64,000 nt of DNA from Gemmatimonadales bacterium (GTDB lineage Bacteria > Gemmatimonadota > Gemmatimonadetes > Gemmatimonadales > GWC2-71-9): contig OZ252291.1 in the NCBI GenBank assembly GCA_965250155.1, positions 2,738,593 through 2,802,592 on the forward strand, written 5' to 3'. The notes below the pieces were generated by a model, which ran no database searches, was not told the DNA's origin, and saw nothing but the letters and a program-made list of their open reading frames with translations. A program made the translations under genes and the position numbers. The stretch's first letter is position 1. Each line of letters starts with the position of its first letter. Positions 63,912 to 64,000 of the stretch are shown in pieces.

Positions 63912-64000
63912 GTGAGACCGTAACGGCGCCCACCGGCGTCAAGCTGGGGGCGGTTCTGGCGTTTGCGATCGTGGCCGGGACACTCAGTTGGGCGATTGCC
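63908..64000 (+). CDS. Start of a probable membrane protein (runs off the window end)
   Basis: GTGA overlap with the epimerase stop. VSETVTAPTGVKLGAVLAFAIVAGTLSWAIA is hydrophobic. Only 31 codons are visible. Confidence 0.35.
   Translation, partial: MSETVTAPTGVKLGAVLAFAIVAGTLSWAIA

Noticed and set aside
36000-64000. Search for a discrete defence, toxin-antitoxin, retron, DGR or secretion system in the accessory half
   Set aside because: Every ORF of meaningful length is explained by glycan-biosynthesis families, IS or recombinase debris, or housekeeping genes (cspA, rpsU, rocD). I could recognise no nuclease, ATPase, reverse transcriptase, TIR, SIR2, helicase or small paired-ORF signature.

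Overview
High-GC (~63-66% by eye) bacterial chromosomal window. Gene content and order fit a Gemmatimonadota-like organism, but that is a low-confidence guess that needs a database search. The window has two parts.

(1) Positions 1-35,978 are an uninterrupted minus-strand block of about 38 housekeeping genes: recN', nadK, dxs, ispA, xseB, xseA, folD, rny, zapA, pheT, pheS, rplT, rpmI, infC, an MBL hydrolase, an epsilon-like exonuclease, arcA, rex, rsmA, an RsbU/RsbW/RsbV-type partner-switching module, pta, coaD, rsmD, recJ, a Zn-ribbon protein, dnaG, mutS2, dnaJ, hrcA, hemW, dprA, obg and asparaginase II. Many neighbours share ATGA, TGATG or GTGA start/stop overlaps.

(2) Positions 36-64 kb are an accessory, mosaic surface-glycan region. 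It holds 11 GT-B (GT4-like) glycosyltransferases, a WecA/MraY-type priming transferase with an extra C-terminal domain, a Wzy-like polymerase/ligase, a Wzx flippase, three FkbM methyltransferases, one class I SAM methyltransferase and an SDR epimerase. The region is interrupted at 39.0-44.1 kb by:
- two truncated, 98%-identical IS110-type transposase fragments bracketing an FkbM gene
- serine- and tyrosine-recombinase remnants
- tRNA-Val(CAC), tRNA-Ile2/Met(CAT), a 42-nt duplicate of the 5' half of the latter, and a decayed tRNA-like fragment

cspA, rpsU and rocD sit between the two parts.

Most notable observations:
- three single-nucleotide frameshifts, all in accessory glycan genes and none in the 35-kb core
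- non-triplet tandem repeats (8-mer x4, 7-mer x4 with G-quadruplex potential) inside one glycosyltransferase gene
- a dispersed GGGAGGA-type purine-rich repeat family at gene boundaries
- an in-frame low-complexity insertion in pta
- a perfect Rex operator in front of rex-arcA
- a terminator/attenuator-like leader and probable non-AUG start for infC

I see no CRISPR array, rRNA, reverse transcriptase or recognisable defence, toxin or secretion system. The best candidate for something new is the contingency-like, partly decayed methylated-glycan locus, not a discrete novel machine. All calls rest on reading the supplied ORF translations and the DNA by eye. No BLAST, HMM, tRNAscan or Rfam search was possible.
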